DNA of 64,000 bases from Eledone cirrhosa (taxonomy: Eukaryota), in assembly GCA_964016885.1 (NCBI GenBank), contig OZ024742.1, positions 235,972,001-236,036,000 of the forward strand, read 5' to 3'. Shown here one piece after another: positions 37,990 through 51,936 of the stretch. How positions within the stretch are numbered: position 1 is the first letter of the stretch; each line of letters starts with the position of its first letter. The translations under genes and the position numbers were made by a program. Below the pieces are notes generated by a model. The model worked only from the letters and a program-made list of their open reading frames with translations, ran no database searches and was not told where the DNA came from.

Positions 37990-38031
37990 TTAGGGTGCGA
38001 GAGGTCCCGGGTTCAAATCCCGGACGAGCCC
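37990..38031 (+). pseudogene. 3' half of tRNA-Pro(AGG) at deletion junction
   Basis: Same junction as 26259. Confidence 0.92.
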
Positions 38032-38477
38032 AAACTTTTTGGAATGTTTTTTATCGTAAGGCTATTTTCTGTAACACTGTGTTGACTTGGATGTAATGTA
38101 CAGGTTTTTCAGGTATCATCTAATCTTTTTTTCACTTTTGAGAACTATTAGTATAACTGTCTGTGATGAAAAAAAAAGCTCAATTTAAAACAACTAAATG
38201 CAAGCTCTATATAATTTCTGAGTAACAAAGAGTATTTACATCTGTTTACGTTTCCGTGGTCTGGTTTATATGCAGAAAAATAGTAAAACTCTACAGACGT
38301 CGATCAGTATTGGTCACTCAAATTTACTTGTAGTATTTAACATATTGGATTTAAAAGAAAACAATAGGGGTTGTGGCAAAAGTCGAGATCATCCGGAAAG
38401 AAGAACAAGAAAAAGAACTTTTGTGTACTGAACAAAAACTGTTTTGTTTTTTTTGAAAAGAAATAAGAGGTTATAAT

Positions 38478-38549
38478 GGGCTCGTCCGGGAATTGAACCC
38501 GGGACCTCTCGCACCCAAAGCGAGAATCATACCCCTAGACCAACGAGCC
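38478..38549 (-). tRNA. tRNA-Pro-TGG: tRNA-Pro(TGG), A59T
   Basis: gggaattgaa variant. Confidence 0.9.
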
Positions 38550-39871
38550 AGCTACGTTCCGATTAAACACGTACTAGTAATTATAGTGTTAATGCTAGTT
38601 GTAAGTGAGACTCTGACTGACTGTTAATTTGGAGAGACAATTTTTGTTTCTTTTATAACTTTCATTTATTTTATCATGTTTTCAGTTGTCGAGGTTTTTT
38701 AGGTCATTTGGTCACCTCTTAAATCAATAGTCCATTTCTCAATCATATCAAAATATCGATAAATCAATAACAAAGCCTCATCCAGTATATGAAGTGGCCA
38801 GTTGTTGAAGGTGTAATCGTAGCTGTGCGAATTAACATAATGTGGTTGCTATTTGTAATATAATGTGTATTTATTTACCAGTTGGCTCGTTTGTCTAGGG
38901 GTATGATTTTTCACTTAGGGTGCGACAGATCCCGGGTTCAAATCGCGGACCAGCCCAAACATTTAGGATATTATTTTCATTTTAAATCTATTTTCTGTCG
39001 CACCATGTTGACTTAGATGTAATAAACATTTAAATTTATATATTTTTCAGGTATCATCTAAATCTTTTTTTTTTACCTTTGGGAACTATTAGTATAACAG
39101 TCTGTGAAAAAGAGCTCAATTTCAAACAACTAAATGCAAACTCTATTCTGAGTAACAAAAAGTATTTACATCTGCTTACGTTTTCGTGGTCTGCTTTATA
39201 TGTAGAAAAATAATAATAAAACACTACAGACTTGGATCAGCATAGGTCACTCTGTTTTACTTGTAGTATTTTACATATTGGGTTTAAAAGGAAGAAACAA
39301 TAGGGGCTGTAGGAAACGTCTAGATAATCCGGAAAGAAAAAGAACGGGAAAAAGAGCAAGAAAACTGTTTTCTTTAAAAAAAAAAAAAGATGTTGATGGG
39401 CTCGTCCGTGATTTGCACCCTGGACCTCTCGCACCCAAGGCGAGAACCATGCGTCTAGACCAACGAACAACGCATAACAATGCAATTAAATATATATTAG
39501 TAATTATAGTTTTAATGATAGTTGTAACTGAGTCTCTATGTTGGAAACACTTTTTTCTTTCTTTTTTAACTTATGTTGGGAACATTTTTTTTGTTTGCTC
39601 TTTAATTTTAATTCATTTTATTATGTTTCTACAGATCTAGGATTTTGAGGACACCCGGTCTATTCTTCAAACTTAATTCCACTTCTCAATCATGTCCAAA
39701 TATCAATAAATCAATAACATCAACCCAATAATCACAACTGACGCCATAACATTATTATTACACCTTATTTATAAAGCATATGACGTGGCCAATTTCAGAA
39801 AGTGTAATATATTTGCAAAGTAATATAAACTTTCTGCTTTTAGTATATTAATTTGAACGTATTTACCAGTT

Positions 39872-39943
39872 GGTTCGTTGGTCTAGGGGTATGATTTTCG
39901 CTTAGGGTGCGAGAGGTCCCGGGTTCAAATCCCGGACGAGCCC
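39872..39943 (+). tRNA. tRNA-Pro-AGG: tRNA-Pro(AGG)
   Basis: Array consensus. Confidence 0.92.
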
Positions 39944-40389
39944 AAACTTTTTGGAATGTTTTTTATCGTAAGGCTATTTTCTGTAACACTGTGTTGACTT
40001 GGATGTAATGTACAGGTTTTTCAGGTATCATCTAATCTTTTTTTCACTTTTGAGAACTATTCGTATAACTGTCTGTGATGAAAAAAAAAGCTCAATTTTA
40101 AACAACTAAATGCAAGCTCTATATAATTTCTGAGTAACAAAGAGTATTTACATCTGTTTACGTTTCCGTGGTCTGGTTTATATGCAGAAAAATAGTAAAA
40201 CTCTACAGACGTCGATCAGTATTGGTCACTCAAATTTACTTGTAGTATTTAACATATTGGATTTAAAAGAAAACAATAGGGGTTGTGGCAAAAGTCGAGA
40301 TCATCCGGAAAGAAGAACAAGAAAAAGAACTTTTGTGTACTGAACAAAAACTGTTTTGTTTTTTTTGAAAAGAAATAAGAGGTTATAAT

Positions 40390-40461
40390 GGGCTCGTCCG
40401 GGATTTGAACCCGGGACCTCTCGCACCCAAAGCGAGAATCACACCCCTAGACCAACGAGCC
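40390..40461 (-). tRNA. tRNA-Pro-TGG: tRNA-Pro(TGG), D-loop A>G variant
   Basis: aatcacacccc variant. Confidence 0.88.
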
Positions 40462-41785
40462 AGCTACGTTCCGATTAAACACGTACTAGTAATTATAGTG
40501 TTAATGCTAGTTGTAAGTGAGACTCTGACTGACTGTTAATTTGGAGAGACATTTTTTGTTTCTTTTATAACTTTCATTTATTTTATCATGTTTTCAGTTG
40601 TCGAGGTTTTTTAGGTCGTTTGGTCACCTCTTAAATCAATAGTCCATTTCTCAATCATATCAAAATATCGATAAATCAATAACAAAGCCTCATCCAGTAT
40701 ATGAAGTGGCCAGTTGTTGAAGGTGTAATCTTAGCTGTGCGAATTAACATAATGTGGTTGCTATTTGTAATATAATGTGTATTTATTTACCAGTTGGCTC
40801 GTTTGTCTAGGGGTATGATTTTTCACTTAGGGTGCGACAGATCCCGGGTTCAAATCGCGGACGAGCCCAAACATTTAGGATATTATTTTCATTTTAAATC
40901 TATTTTCTGTCGCACCATGTTGACTTAGATGTAATAAACATTTAAATTTATATATTTTTCAGGTATCATCTAAATCTTTTTTTTTTACCTTTGGGAACTA
41001 TTAGTATAACAGTCTGTGAAAAAGAGCTCAATTTCAAACAACTAAATGCAAACTCTATTCTGAGTAACAAAAAGTATTTACATCTGCTTACGTTTTCGTG
41101 GTCTGCTTTATATGTAGAAAAATAATAATAAAACACTACAGACTTGGATCAGCATAGGTCACTCTGTTTTACTTGTAGTATTTTACATATTGGGTTTAAA
41201 AGGAAGAAACAATAGGGGCTGTAGGAAACGTCTAGATAATCCGGAAAGAAAAAGAACGGGAAAAAGAGCTAGAAAACTGTTTTCTTTAAAAAAAAAAAAA
41301 AAGATGTTGATGGGCTCGTCCGTGATTTGCACCCTGGACCTCTCGCACCCAAGGCGAGAACCATGCGTCTAGACCAACGAACAACGCATAACAATGCAAT
41401 TAAATATATATTAGTAATTATAGTTTTAATGATAGTTGTAACTGAGTCTCTATGTTGGAAACACTTTTTTCTTTCTTTTTTAACTTATGTTGGGAACATT
41501 TTTTTTGTTTGCTTTTTAATTTTAATTCATTTTATTATGTTTCTACAGATCTAGGATTTTGAGGACACCCGGTCTATTCTTCAAACTTAATTCCACTTCT
41601 CAATCATGTCCAAATATCAATAAATCAATAACATCAACCCAATAATCACAACTGACGCCATAACATTACTATTACACCTTTTTTATAAAGCATATGACGT
41701 GGCCAATTTCAGAAAGTGTAATATATTTGCAAGGTAATATAAACTTTCTGCTTTTAGCATATTAATTTGAACGTATTTACCAGTT

Positions 41786-41857
41786 GGTTCGTTGGTCTAG
41801 GGGTATGATTTTCGCTTAGGGTGCGAGAGGTCCCGGGTTCAAATCCCGGACGAGCCC
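41786..41857 (+). tRNA. tRNA-Pro-AGG: tRNA-Pro(AGG)
   Basis: Array consensus. Confidence 0.92.
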
Positions 41858-42303
41858 AAACTTTTTGGAATGTTTTTTATCGTAAGGCTATTTTCTGTCA
41901 CACTGTGTTGACTTGGATGTAAGGTACATGTTTTTCAGGTATCATCTAATCTTTTTTTCACTTTTGAGAACTATTAGTATAACTGTCTGTGATGAATAAA
42001 AAAGCTCAATTTAAAACAACTAAATGCAAGCTCTATATAATTTCTGAGTAACAAAGAGTATTTACATCTGTTTACGTTTCCGTGGTCTGGTTTAAATGCA
42101 GAAAAATAGTAAAACTCTACAGACGTCGATCAGTATTGGTCACTCAAATTTACTTGTAGTATTTAACATATTGGATTTAAAAGAAAACAATAGGGGTTGT
42201 GGCAAAAGTCGAGATCATCCGGAAAGAAGAACAAGAAAAAGAACTTTTGTGTACTGAACAAAAACTGTTTTGTTTTTTTTGAAAAGAAATAAGAGGTTAT
42301 AAT

Positions 42304-42375
42304 GGGCTCGTCCGGGATTTGAACCCGGGACCTCTCGCACCCAAAGCGAGAATCATACCCCTAGACCAACGAGCC
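42304..42375 (-). tRNA. tRNA-Pro-TGG: tRNA-Pro(TGG)
   Basis: Canonical. Confidence 0.95.
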
Positions 42376-43697
42376 AGCTACGTTCCGATTAAACACGTAC
42401 TAGTAATTATAGTGTTAATGCTAGTTGTAAGTGAGACTCTGACTGACTGTTAATTTGGAGAGACATTTTTTGTTTCTTTTATAACTTTCATTTATTTTAT
42501 CATGTTTTCAGTTGTCGAGGTTTTTTAGGTCATTTGGTCACCTCTTAAATCAATAGTCCATTTCTCAATCATATCAAAATATCGATAAATCAATAACAAA
42601 GCCTCATCCAGTATATGAAGTGGCCAGTTGTTGAAGGTGTAATCGTAGCTGTGCGAATTAACATAATGTGGTTGCTATTTGTAATATAATGTGTATTTAT
42701 TTACCAGTTGGCTCGTTTGTCTAGGGGTATGATTTTTCACTTAGGGTGCGACAGATCCCGGGTTCAAATCGCGGACCAGCCCAAACATTTAGGATATTAT
42801 TTTCATTTTAAATCTATTTTCTGTCGCACCATGTTGACTTAGATGTAATAAACATTTAAATTTATATATTTTTCAGGTATCATCTAAATCTTTTTTTTTT
42901 ACCTATTGGAACTATTAGTATAACAGTCTGTGAAAAAGAGCTCAATTTCAAACAACTAAATGCAAGCTCTATTCTGAGTAACAAAAAGTATTTACATCTG
43001 CTTACGTTTTCGTGGTCTGCTTTATATGTAGAAAAATAATAATAAAAAACTACAGACTTGGATCAGCATAGGTCACTCTGTTTTACTTGTAGTATTTTAC
43101 ATATTGGGTTTAAAAGGAAGAAACAATAGCGGCTGTAGGAGACGTCTAGATAATCCGGAAAGAATAAGAACGGGAAAAAGAGCAAGAAAACTGTTTTCTT
43201 TAAAAAAAAAAAAGATGATGTTGGGCTCGTCCGTGATTTGCACCCTGGACCTGTCGCACCCAAGGCGAGAACCATGCGTCTAGACCAACGAACAACGCAT
43301 AACAATGCAATTAAATATATATTAGTAATTATAGTTTTAATGATAGTTGTAACTGAGTCTCTATGTTGGAAACACTTTTTTCTTTCTTTTTTAACTTATG
43401 TTGGGAATATTTTTTTTTGTTTGCTTTTTAATTTTAATTCATTTTATTATGTTTCTACAGATCTTGGATTTTGAGGACACCCGGTCTATTCTTCAAACTT
43501 AATTCCACTTCTCAATCATGTTCAAATATCAATAAATCAATAACATCAACCCAATAATCACAACTGACGCCATAACATTACTATTACACCTTTTTTATAA
43601 AGCATATGACGTTGCCAATTTCAGAAAGTGTAATATATTTGCAAAGTAATATAAACTTACTGCTTTTAGTATATTAATTTGAACGTATTTACCAGTT

Positions 43698-43769
43698 GGT
43701 TCGTTGGTCTAGGGGTATGATTTTCGCTTAGGGTGCGAGAGGTCCCGGGTTCAAATCTCGGACGAGCCC
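43698..43769 (+). tRNA. tRNA-Pro-AGG: tRNA-Pro(AGG), C62T
   Basis: ttcaaatctcgg variant. Confidence 0.87.
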
Positions 43770-44215
43770 AAACTTTTTGGAATGTTTTTTATCGTAAGGC
43801 TATTTTCTGTCACACTGTGTTGACTTGGATGTAAGGTACATGTTTTTCAGGTATCATCTAATCTTTTTTTCACTTTTGAGAACTATTAGTATAACTGTCT
43901 GTGATGAATAAAAAAGCTCAATTTAAAACAACTAAATGCAAGCTCTATATAATTTCTGAGTAACAAAGAGTATTTACATCTGTTTACGTTTCCGTGGTCT
44001 GGTTTATATGCAGAAAAATAGTAAAACTCTACAGACGTCGATCAGTATTGGTCACTCAAATTTACTTGTAGTATTTAACATATTGGATTTAAAAGAAAAC
44101 AATAGGGGTTGTGGCAAAAGTCGAGATCATCCGGAAAGAAGAACAAGAAAAAGAACTTTTGTGTACTGAACAAAAACTGTTTTGTTTTTTTTGAAAAGAA
44201 ATAAGAGGTTATAAT

Positions 44216-44287
44216 GGGCTCGTCCGGGATTTGAACCAGGGACCTCTCGCACCCAAAGCGAGAATCATACCCCTAGACCAACGAGCC
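44216..44287 (-). tRNA. tRNA-Pro-TGG: tRNA-Pro(TGG), T-stem mismatch
   Basis: gaaccaggg variant. Confidence 0.8.
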
Positions 44288-45609
44288 AGCTACGTTCCGA
44301 TTAAACACGTACTAGTAATTATAGTGTTAATGCTAGTTGTAAGTGAGACTCTGACTGACTGTTAATTTGGAGAGACATTTTTTGTTTCTTTTATAACTTT
44401 CATTTATTTTATCATGTTTTCAGTTGTCGAGGTTTTTTAGGTCATTTGGTCACCTCTTAAATCAATAGTCCATTTCTCAATCATATCAAAATATCGATAA
44501 ATCAATAACAAAGCCTCATCCAGTATATGAAGTGGCCAGTTGTTGAAGGTGTAATCGTAGCTGTGCGAATTAACATAATGTGGTTGCTATTTGTAATATA
44601 ATGTGTATTTATTTACCAGTTGGCTCGTTTGTCTAGGGGTATGATTTTTCACTTAGGGTGCGACAGATCCCGGGTTCAAATCGCGGACCAGCCCAAACAT
44701 TTAGGATATTATTTTCATTTTAAATCTATTTTCTGTCGCACCATGTTGACTTAGATGTAATAAACATTTAAATTTATATATTTTTCAGGTATCATCTAAA
44801 TCTTTTTTTTTTACCTATTGGAACTATTAGTATAACAGTCTGTGAAAAAGAGCTCAATTTCAAACAACTAAATGCAATCTCTATTCTGAGTAACAAAAAG
44901 TATTTACATCTGCTTACGTTTTCGTGGTCTGCTTTATATGTAGAAAAATAATAATAAAAAACTACAGACTTGGATCAGCATAGGTCACTCTGTTTTACTT
45001 GTAGTATTTTACATATTGGGTTTAAAAGGAAGAAACAATAGCGGCTGTAGGAGACGTCTAGATAATCCGGAAAGAATAAGAACGGGAAAAAGAGCAAGAA
45101 AACTGTTTTCTTTAAAAAAAAAAAAGATGATGTTGGGCTCGTCCGTGATTTGCACCCTGGACCTGTCGCACCCAAGGCGAGAACCATGCGTCTAGACCAA
45201 CGAACAACGCATAACAATGCAATTAAATATATATTAGTAATTATAGTTTTAATGATAGTTGTAACTGAGTCTCTATGTTGGAAACACTTTTTTCTTTCTT
45301 TTTTAACTTATGTTGGGAATATTTTTTTTTGTTTGCTTTTTAATTTTAATTCATTTTATTATGTTTCTACAGATCTTGGATTTTGAGGACACCCGGTCTA
45401 TTCTTCAAACTTAATTCCACTTCTCAATCATGTTCAAATATCAATAAATCAATAACATCAACCCAATAATCACAACTGACGCCATAACATTACTATTACA
45501 CCTTTTTTATAAAGCATATGACGTTGACAATTTCAGAAAGTGTAATATATTTGCAAAGTAATATAAACTTACTGCTTTTAGTATATTAATTTGAACGTAT
45601 TTACCAGTT

Positions 45610-45681
45610 GGTTCGTTGGTCTAGGGGTATGATTTTCGCTTAGGGTGCGAGAGGTCCCGGGTTCAAATCTCGGACGAGCCC
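45610..45681 (+). tRNA. tRNA-Pro-AGG: tRNA-Pro(AGG), C62T
   Basis: ttcaaatctcgg variant. Confidence 0.87.
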
Positions 45682-46127
45682 AAACTTTTTGGAATGTTTT
45701 TTATCGTAAGGCTATTTTCTGTCACACTGTGTTGACTTGGATGTAAGGTACATGTTTTTCAGGTATCATCTAATCTTTTTTTCACTTTTGAGAACTATTA
45801 GTATAACTGTCTGTGATGAATAAAAAAGCTCAATTTAAAACAACTAAATGCAAGCTCTATATAATTTCTGAGTAACAAAGAGTATTTACATCTGTTTACG
45901 TTTCCGTGGTCTGGTTTATATGCAGAAAAATAGTAAAACTCTACAGACGTCGATCAGTATTGGTCACTCAAATTTACTTGTAGTATTTAACATATTGGAT
46001 TTAAAAGAAAACAATAGGGGTTGTGGCAAAAGTCGAGATCATCCGGAAAGAAGAACAAGAAAAAGAACTTTTGTGTACTGAACAAAAACTGTTTTGTTTT
46101 TTTTGAAAAGAAATAAGAGGTTATAAT

Positions 46128-46199
46128 GGGCTCGTCCGGGATTTGAACCCGGGACCTCTCGCACCCAAAGCGAGAATCATACCCCTAGACCAACGAGCC
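46128..46199 (-). tRNA. tRNA-Pro-TGG: tRNA-Pro(TGG)
   Basis: Canonical. Confidence 0.95.
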
Positions 46200-47521
46200 A
46201 GCTACGTTCCGATTAAACACGTACTAGTAATTATAGTGTTAATGCTAGTTGTAAGTGAGACTCTGACTGACTGTTAATTTGGAGAGACATTTTTTGTTTC
46301 TTTTATAACTTTCATTTATTTTATCATGTTTTCAGTTGTCGAGGTTTTTTAGGTCATTTGGTCACCTCTTAAATCAATAGTCCATTTCTCAATCATATCA
46401 AAATATCGATAAATCAATAACAAAGCCTCATCCAGTATATGAAGTGGCCAGTTGTTGAAGGTGTAATCGTAGCTGTGCGAATTAACATAATGTGGTTGCT
46501 ATTTGTAATATAATGTGTATTTATTTACCAGTTGGCTCGTTTGTCTAGGGGTATGATTTTTCACTTAGGGTGCGACAGATCCCGGGTTCAAATCGCGGAC
46601 CAGCCCAAACATTTAGGATATTATTTTCATTTTAAATCTATTTTCTGTCGCACCATGTTGACTTAGATGTAATAAACATTTAAATTTATATATTTTTCAG
46701 GTATCATCTAAATCTTTTTTTTTTACCTTTGGGAACTATTAGTATAACAGTCTGTGAAAAAGAGCTCAATTTCAAACAACTAAATGCAAACTCTATTCTG
46801 AGTAACAAAAAGTATTTACATCTGCTTACGTTTTCGTGGTCTGCTTTATATGTAGAAAAATAATAATAAAACACTACAGACTTGGATCAGCATAGGTCAC
46901 TCTGTTTTACTTGTAGTATTTTACATATTGGGTTTAAAAGGAAGAAACAATAGGGGCTGTAGGAAACGTCTAGATAATCCGGAAAGAAAAAGAACGGGAA
47001 AAAGAGCAAGAAAACTGTTTTCTTTAAAAAAAAAAAAAGATGTTGATGGGCTCGTCCGTGATTTGCACCCTGGACCTCTCGCACCCAAGGCGAGAACCAT
47101 GCGTCTAGACCAACGAACAACGCATAACAATGCAATTAAATATATATTAGTAATTATAGTTTTAATGATAGTTGTAACTGAGTCTCTATGTTGGAAACAC
47201 TTTTTCCTTTCTTTTTTAACTTATGTTGGGAACATTTTTTTTGTTTGCTCTTTAATTTTAATTCATTTTATTATGTTTCTACAGATCTAGGATTTTGAGG
47301 ACACCCGGTCTATTCTTCAAACTTAATTCCACTTCTCAATCATGTCCAAATATCAATAAATCAATAACATCAACCCAATAATCACAACTGACGCCATAAC
47401 ATTATTATTACACCTTATTTATAAAGCATATGACGTGGCCAATTTCAGAAAGTGTAATATATTTGCAAAGTAATATAAACTTTCTGCTTTTAGTATATTA
47501 ATTTGAACGTATTTACCAGTT

Positions 47522-47593
47522 GGTTCGTTGGTCTAGGGATATGATTTTCGCTTAGGGTGCGAGAGGTCCCGGGTTCAAATCCCGGACGAGCCC
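47522..47593 (+). tRNA. tRNA-Pro-AGG: tRNA-Pro(AGG), D-loop G>A variant
   Basis: ctagggatatg variant. Confidence 0.8.
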
Positions 47594-48039
47594 AAACTTT
47601 TTGGAATGTTTTTTATCGTAAGGCTATTTTCTGTAACACTGTGTTGACTTGGATGTAATGTACAGGTTTTTCAGGTATCATCTAATCTTTTTTTCACTTT
47701 TGAGAACTATTAGTATAACTGTCTGTGATGAAAAAAAAAGCTCAATTTTAAACAACTAAATGCAAGCTCTATATAATTTCTGAGTAACAAAGAGTATTTA
47801 CATCTGTTTACGTTTCCGTGGTCTGGTTTATATGCAGAAAAATAGTAAAACTCTACAGACGTCGATCAGTATTGGTCACTCAAATTTACTTGTAGTATTT
47901 AACATATTGGATTTAAAAGAAAACAATAGGGGTTGTGGCAAACGTCGAGATCATCCGGAAAGAAGAACAAGAAAAAGAACTTTTGTGTACTGAACAAAAA
48001 CTGTTTTGTTTTTTTTGAAAAGAAATAAGAGGTTATAAT

Positions 48040-48111
48040 GGGCTCGTCCGGGATTTGAAGCAGGGACCTCTCGCACCCAAAGCGAGAATCATACTCCTAG
48101 ACCAACGAGCC
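48040..48111 (-). pseudogene. tRNA-Pro-TGG: Damaged tRNA-Pro(TGG)
   Basis: gaagcaggg (B-box G53C plus T-stem change) and atactcctag (D-loop G>A). Confidence 0.75.
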
Positions 48112-49433
48112 AGCTACGTTCCGATTAAACACGTACTAGTAATTATAGTGTTAATGCTAGTTGTAAGTGAGACTCTGACTGACTGTTAATTTGGAGAGAC
48201 ATTTTTTGTTTCTTTTATAACTTTCATTTATTTTATCATGTTTTCAGTTGTCGAGGTTTTTTAGGTCGTTTGGTCACCTCTTAAATCAATAGTCCATTTC
48301 TCAATCATATCAAAATATCGATAAATCAATAACAAAGCCTCATCCAGTATATGAAGTGGCCAGTTGTTGAATGTGTAATCGTAGCTGTGCGAATTAACAT
48401 AATGTGGTTGCTATTTGTAATATAATGTGTATTTATTTACCAGTTGGCTCGTTTGTCTAGGGGTATGATTTTTCACTTAGGGTGCGACAGATCCCGGGTT
48501 CAAATCGCGGACGAGCCCAAACATTTAGGATATTATTTTCATTTTAAATCTATTTTCTGTCGCACCATGTTGACTTAGATGTAATAAACATTTAAATTTA
48601 TATATTTTTCAGGTATCATCTAAATCTTTTTTTCTTACCTATGGGAACTATTAGTATAACAGTCTGTGAAAAAGAGCTCAATTTCAAACAACTAAATGCA
48701 AGCTCTATTCTGAGTAACAAAAAGTATTTACATCTGCTTACGTTTTCGTGGTCTGCTTTATATGTAGAAAAATAATAATAAAACACTACAGACTTGGATC
48801 AGCATAGGTCACTCTGTTTTACTTGTAGTATTTTACATATTGGGTTTAAAAGGAAGAAACAATAGCGGCTGTAGGAGACGTCTAGATAATCCGGAAAGAA
48901 TAAGAACGGGAAAAAGAGCAAGAAAACTGTTTTCTTTAAAAAAAAAAAAACATGATGATGGGCTCGTCCGTGATTTGCACCCTGGACCTCTCGCACCCAA
49001 GGCGAGAACCATGCGTCTAGACCAACGAACAACGCATAACAATGCAATTAAATATATATTAGTAATTATAGTTTTAATGATAGTTGTAACTGAGTCTCTA
49101 TGTTGGAAACACTTTTTTCTTTCTTTTTTAACTTATGTTGGGAACATTTTTTTTGTTTGCTTTTTAATTTTAATTCATTTTATTATGTTTCTACAGATCT
49201 AGGATTTTGAGGACACCCGGTCTATTCTTCAAACTTAATTCCACTTCTCAATCATGTCCAAATATCAATAAATCAATAACATCAACCCAATAATCACAAC
49301 TGACGCCATAACATTACTATTACACCTTTTTTATAAAGCATATGACGTGGCCAATTTCAGAAAGTGTAATATATTTGCAAAGTAATATAAACTTTCTGCT
49401 TTTAGTATATTAATTTGAACGTATTTACCAGTT

Positions 49434-49505
49434 GGTTCGTTGGTCTAGGGGTATGATTTTCGCTTAGGGTGCGAGAGGTCCCGGGTTCAAATCCCGGACG
49501 AGCCC
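49434..49505 (+). tRNA. tRNA-Pro-AGG: tRNA-Pro(AGG)
   Basis: Array consensus. Confidence 0.92.
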
Positions 49506-49951
49506 AAACTTTTTGGAATGTTTTTTATCGTAAGGCTATTTTCTGTAACACTGTGTTGACTTGGATGTAATGTACAGGTTTTTCAGGTATCACCTAATCT
49601 TTTTTTCACTTTTGAGAACTATTAGTATAACTGTCTGTGATGAAAAAAAAAGCTCAATTTTAAACAACTAAATGCAAGCTCTATATAATTTCTGAGTAAC
49701 AAAGAGTATTTACATCTGTTTACGTTTCCGTGGTCTGGTTTATATGCAGAAAAATAGTAAAACTCTACAGACGTCGATCAGTATTGGTCACTCAAATTTA
49801 CTTGTAGTATTTAACATATTGGATTTAAAAGAAAACAATAGGGGTTGTGGCAAAAGTCGAGATCATCCGGAAAGAAGAACAAGAAAAAGAACTTTTGTGT
49901 ACTGAACAAAAACTGTTTTGTTTTTTTTGAAAAGAAATAAGAGGTTATAAT

Positions 49952-50023
49952 GGGCTCGTCCGGGATTTGAACCCGGGACCTCTCGCACCCAAAGCGAGAA
50001 TCATACCCCTAGACCAACGAGCC
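49952..50023 (-). tRNA. tRNA-Pro-TGG: tRNA-Pro(TGG)
   Basis: Canonical. Confidence 0.95.
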
Positions 50024-51346
50024 AGCTACGTTCCGATTAAACACGTGCTAGTAATTATAGTGTTAATGCTAGTTGTAAGTGAGACTCTGACTGACTGTTA
50101 ATTTGGAGAGACATTTTTTGTTTCTTTTATAACTTTCATTTATTTTATCATGTTTTCAGTTGTCGAGGTTTTTTAGGTCATTTGGTCACCTCTTAAATCA
50201 ATAGTCCATTTCTCAATCATATCAAAATATCGATAAATCAATAACAAAGCCTCATCCAGTATATGAAGTGGCCAGTTGTTGAAGGTGTAATCGTAGCTGT
50301 GCGAATTAACATAATGTGGTTGCTATTTGTAATATAATGTGTATTTATTTACCAGTTGGCTCGTTTGTCTAGGGGTATGATTTTTCACTTAGGGTGCGAC
50401 AGATCCCGGGTTCAAATCGCGGACCAGCCCAAACATTTAGGATATTATTTTCATTTTAAATCTATTTTCTGTCGCACCATGTTGACTTAGATGTAATAAA
50501 CATTTAAATTTATATATTTTTCAGGTATCATCTAAATCTTTTTTTTTTACCTTTGGGAACTATTAGTATAACAGTCTGTGAAAAAGAGCTCAATTTCAAA
50601 CAACTAAATGCAAACTCTATTCTGAGTAACAAAAAGTATTTACATCTGCTTACGTTTTCGTCGTCTGCTTTATATGTAGAAAAATAATAATAAAACACTA
50701 CAGACTTGGATCAGCATAGGTCACTCTGTTTTACTTGTAGTATTTTACATATTGGGTTTAAAAGGAAGAATCAATAGGGGCTGTAGGAAACGTCTAGATA
50801 ATCCGGAAAGAAAAAGAACGGGAAAAAGAGCAAGAAAACTGTTTTCTTTAAAAAAAAAAAAAAGATGTTGATGGGCTCGTCCGTGATTTGCACCCTGGAC
50901 CTCTCGCACCCGAGGCGAGAACCATGCGTCTAGACCAACGAACAACGCATAACAATGCAATTAAATATATATTAGTAATTATAGTTTTAATGATAGTTGT
51001 AACTGAGTCTCTATGTTGGAAACACTTTTTTCTTTCTTTTTTAACTTATGTTGGGAACATTTTTTTTGTTTGCTTTTTAATTTTAATTCATTTTATTATG
51101 TTTCTACAGATCTAGGATTTTGAGGACACCCGGTCTATTCTTCAAACTTAATTCCACTTCTCAATCATGTCCAAATACCAATAAATCAATAACATCAACC
51201 CAATAATCACAACTGACGCCATAACATTACTATTACACCTTTTTTATAAAGCATATGACGTGGCCAATTTCAGAAAGTGTAATATATTTGCAAAGTAATA
51301 TAAACTTTCTGCTTTTAGTATATTAATTTGAACGTATTTACCAGTT

Positions 51347-51418
51347 GGTTCGTTGGTCTAGGGGTATGATTTTCGCTTAGGGTGCGAGAGGTCCCGGGTT
51401 CAAATCTCGGACGAGCCC
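51347..51418 (+). tRNA. tRNA-Pro-AGG: tRNA-Pro(AGG), C62T
   Basis: ttcaaatctcgg variant. Confidence 0.87.
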
Positions 51419-51864
51419 AAACTTTTTGGAATGTTTTTTATCGTAAGGCTATTTTCTGTCACACTGTGTTGACTTGGATGTAAGGTACATGTTTTTCAGG
51501 TATCATCTAATCTTTTTTTCACTTTTGAGAACTATTAGTATAACTGTCTGTGATGAATAAAAAAGCTCAATTTAAAACAACTAAATGCAAGCTCTATATA
51601 ATTTCTGAGTAACAAAGAGTATTTACATCTGTTTACGTTTCCGTGGTCTGGTTTAAATGCAGAAAAATAGTAAAACTCTACAGACGTCGATCAGTATTGG
51701 TCACTCAAATTTACTTGTAGTATTTAACATATTGGATTTAAAAGAAAACAATAGGGGTTGTGGCAAAAGTCGAGATCATCCGGAAAGAAGAACAAGAAAA
51801 AGAACTTTTGTGTACTGAACAAAAACTGTTTTGTTTTTTTTGAAAAGAAATAAGAGGTTATAAT

Positions 51865-51936
51865 GGGCTCGTCCGGGATTTGAACCCGGGACCTCTCGCA
51901 CCCAAAGCGAGAATCATACCCCTAGACCAACGAGCC
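51865..51936 (-). tRNA. tRNA-Pro-TGG: tRNA-Pro(TGG)
   Basis: Canonical. Confidence 0.95.
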
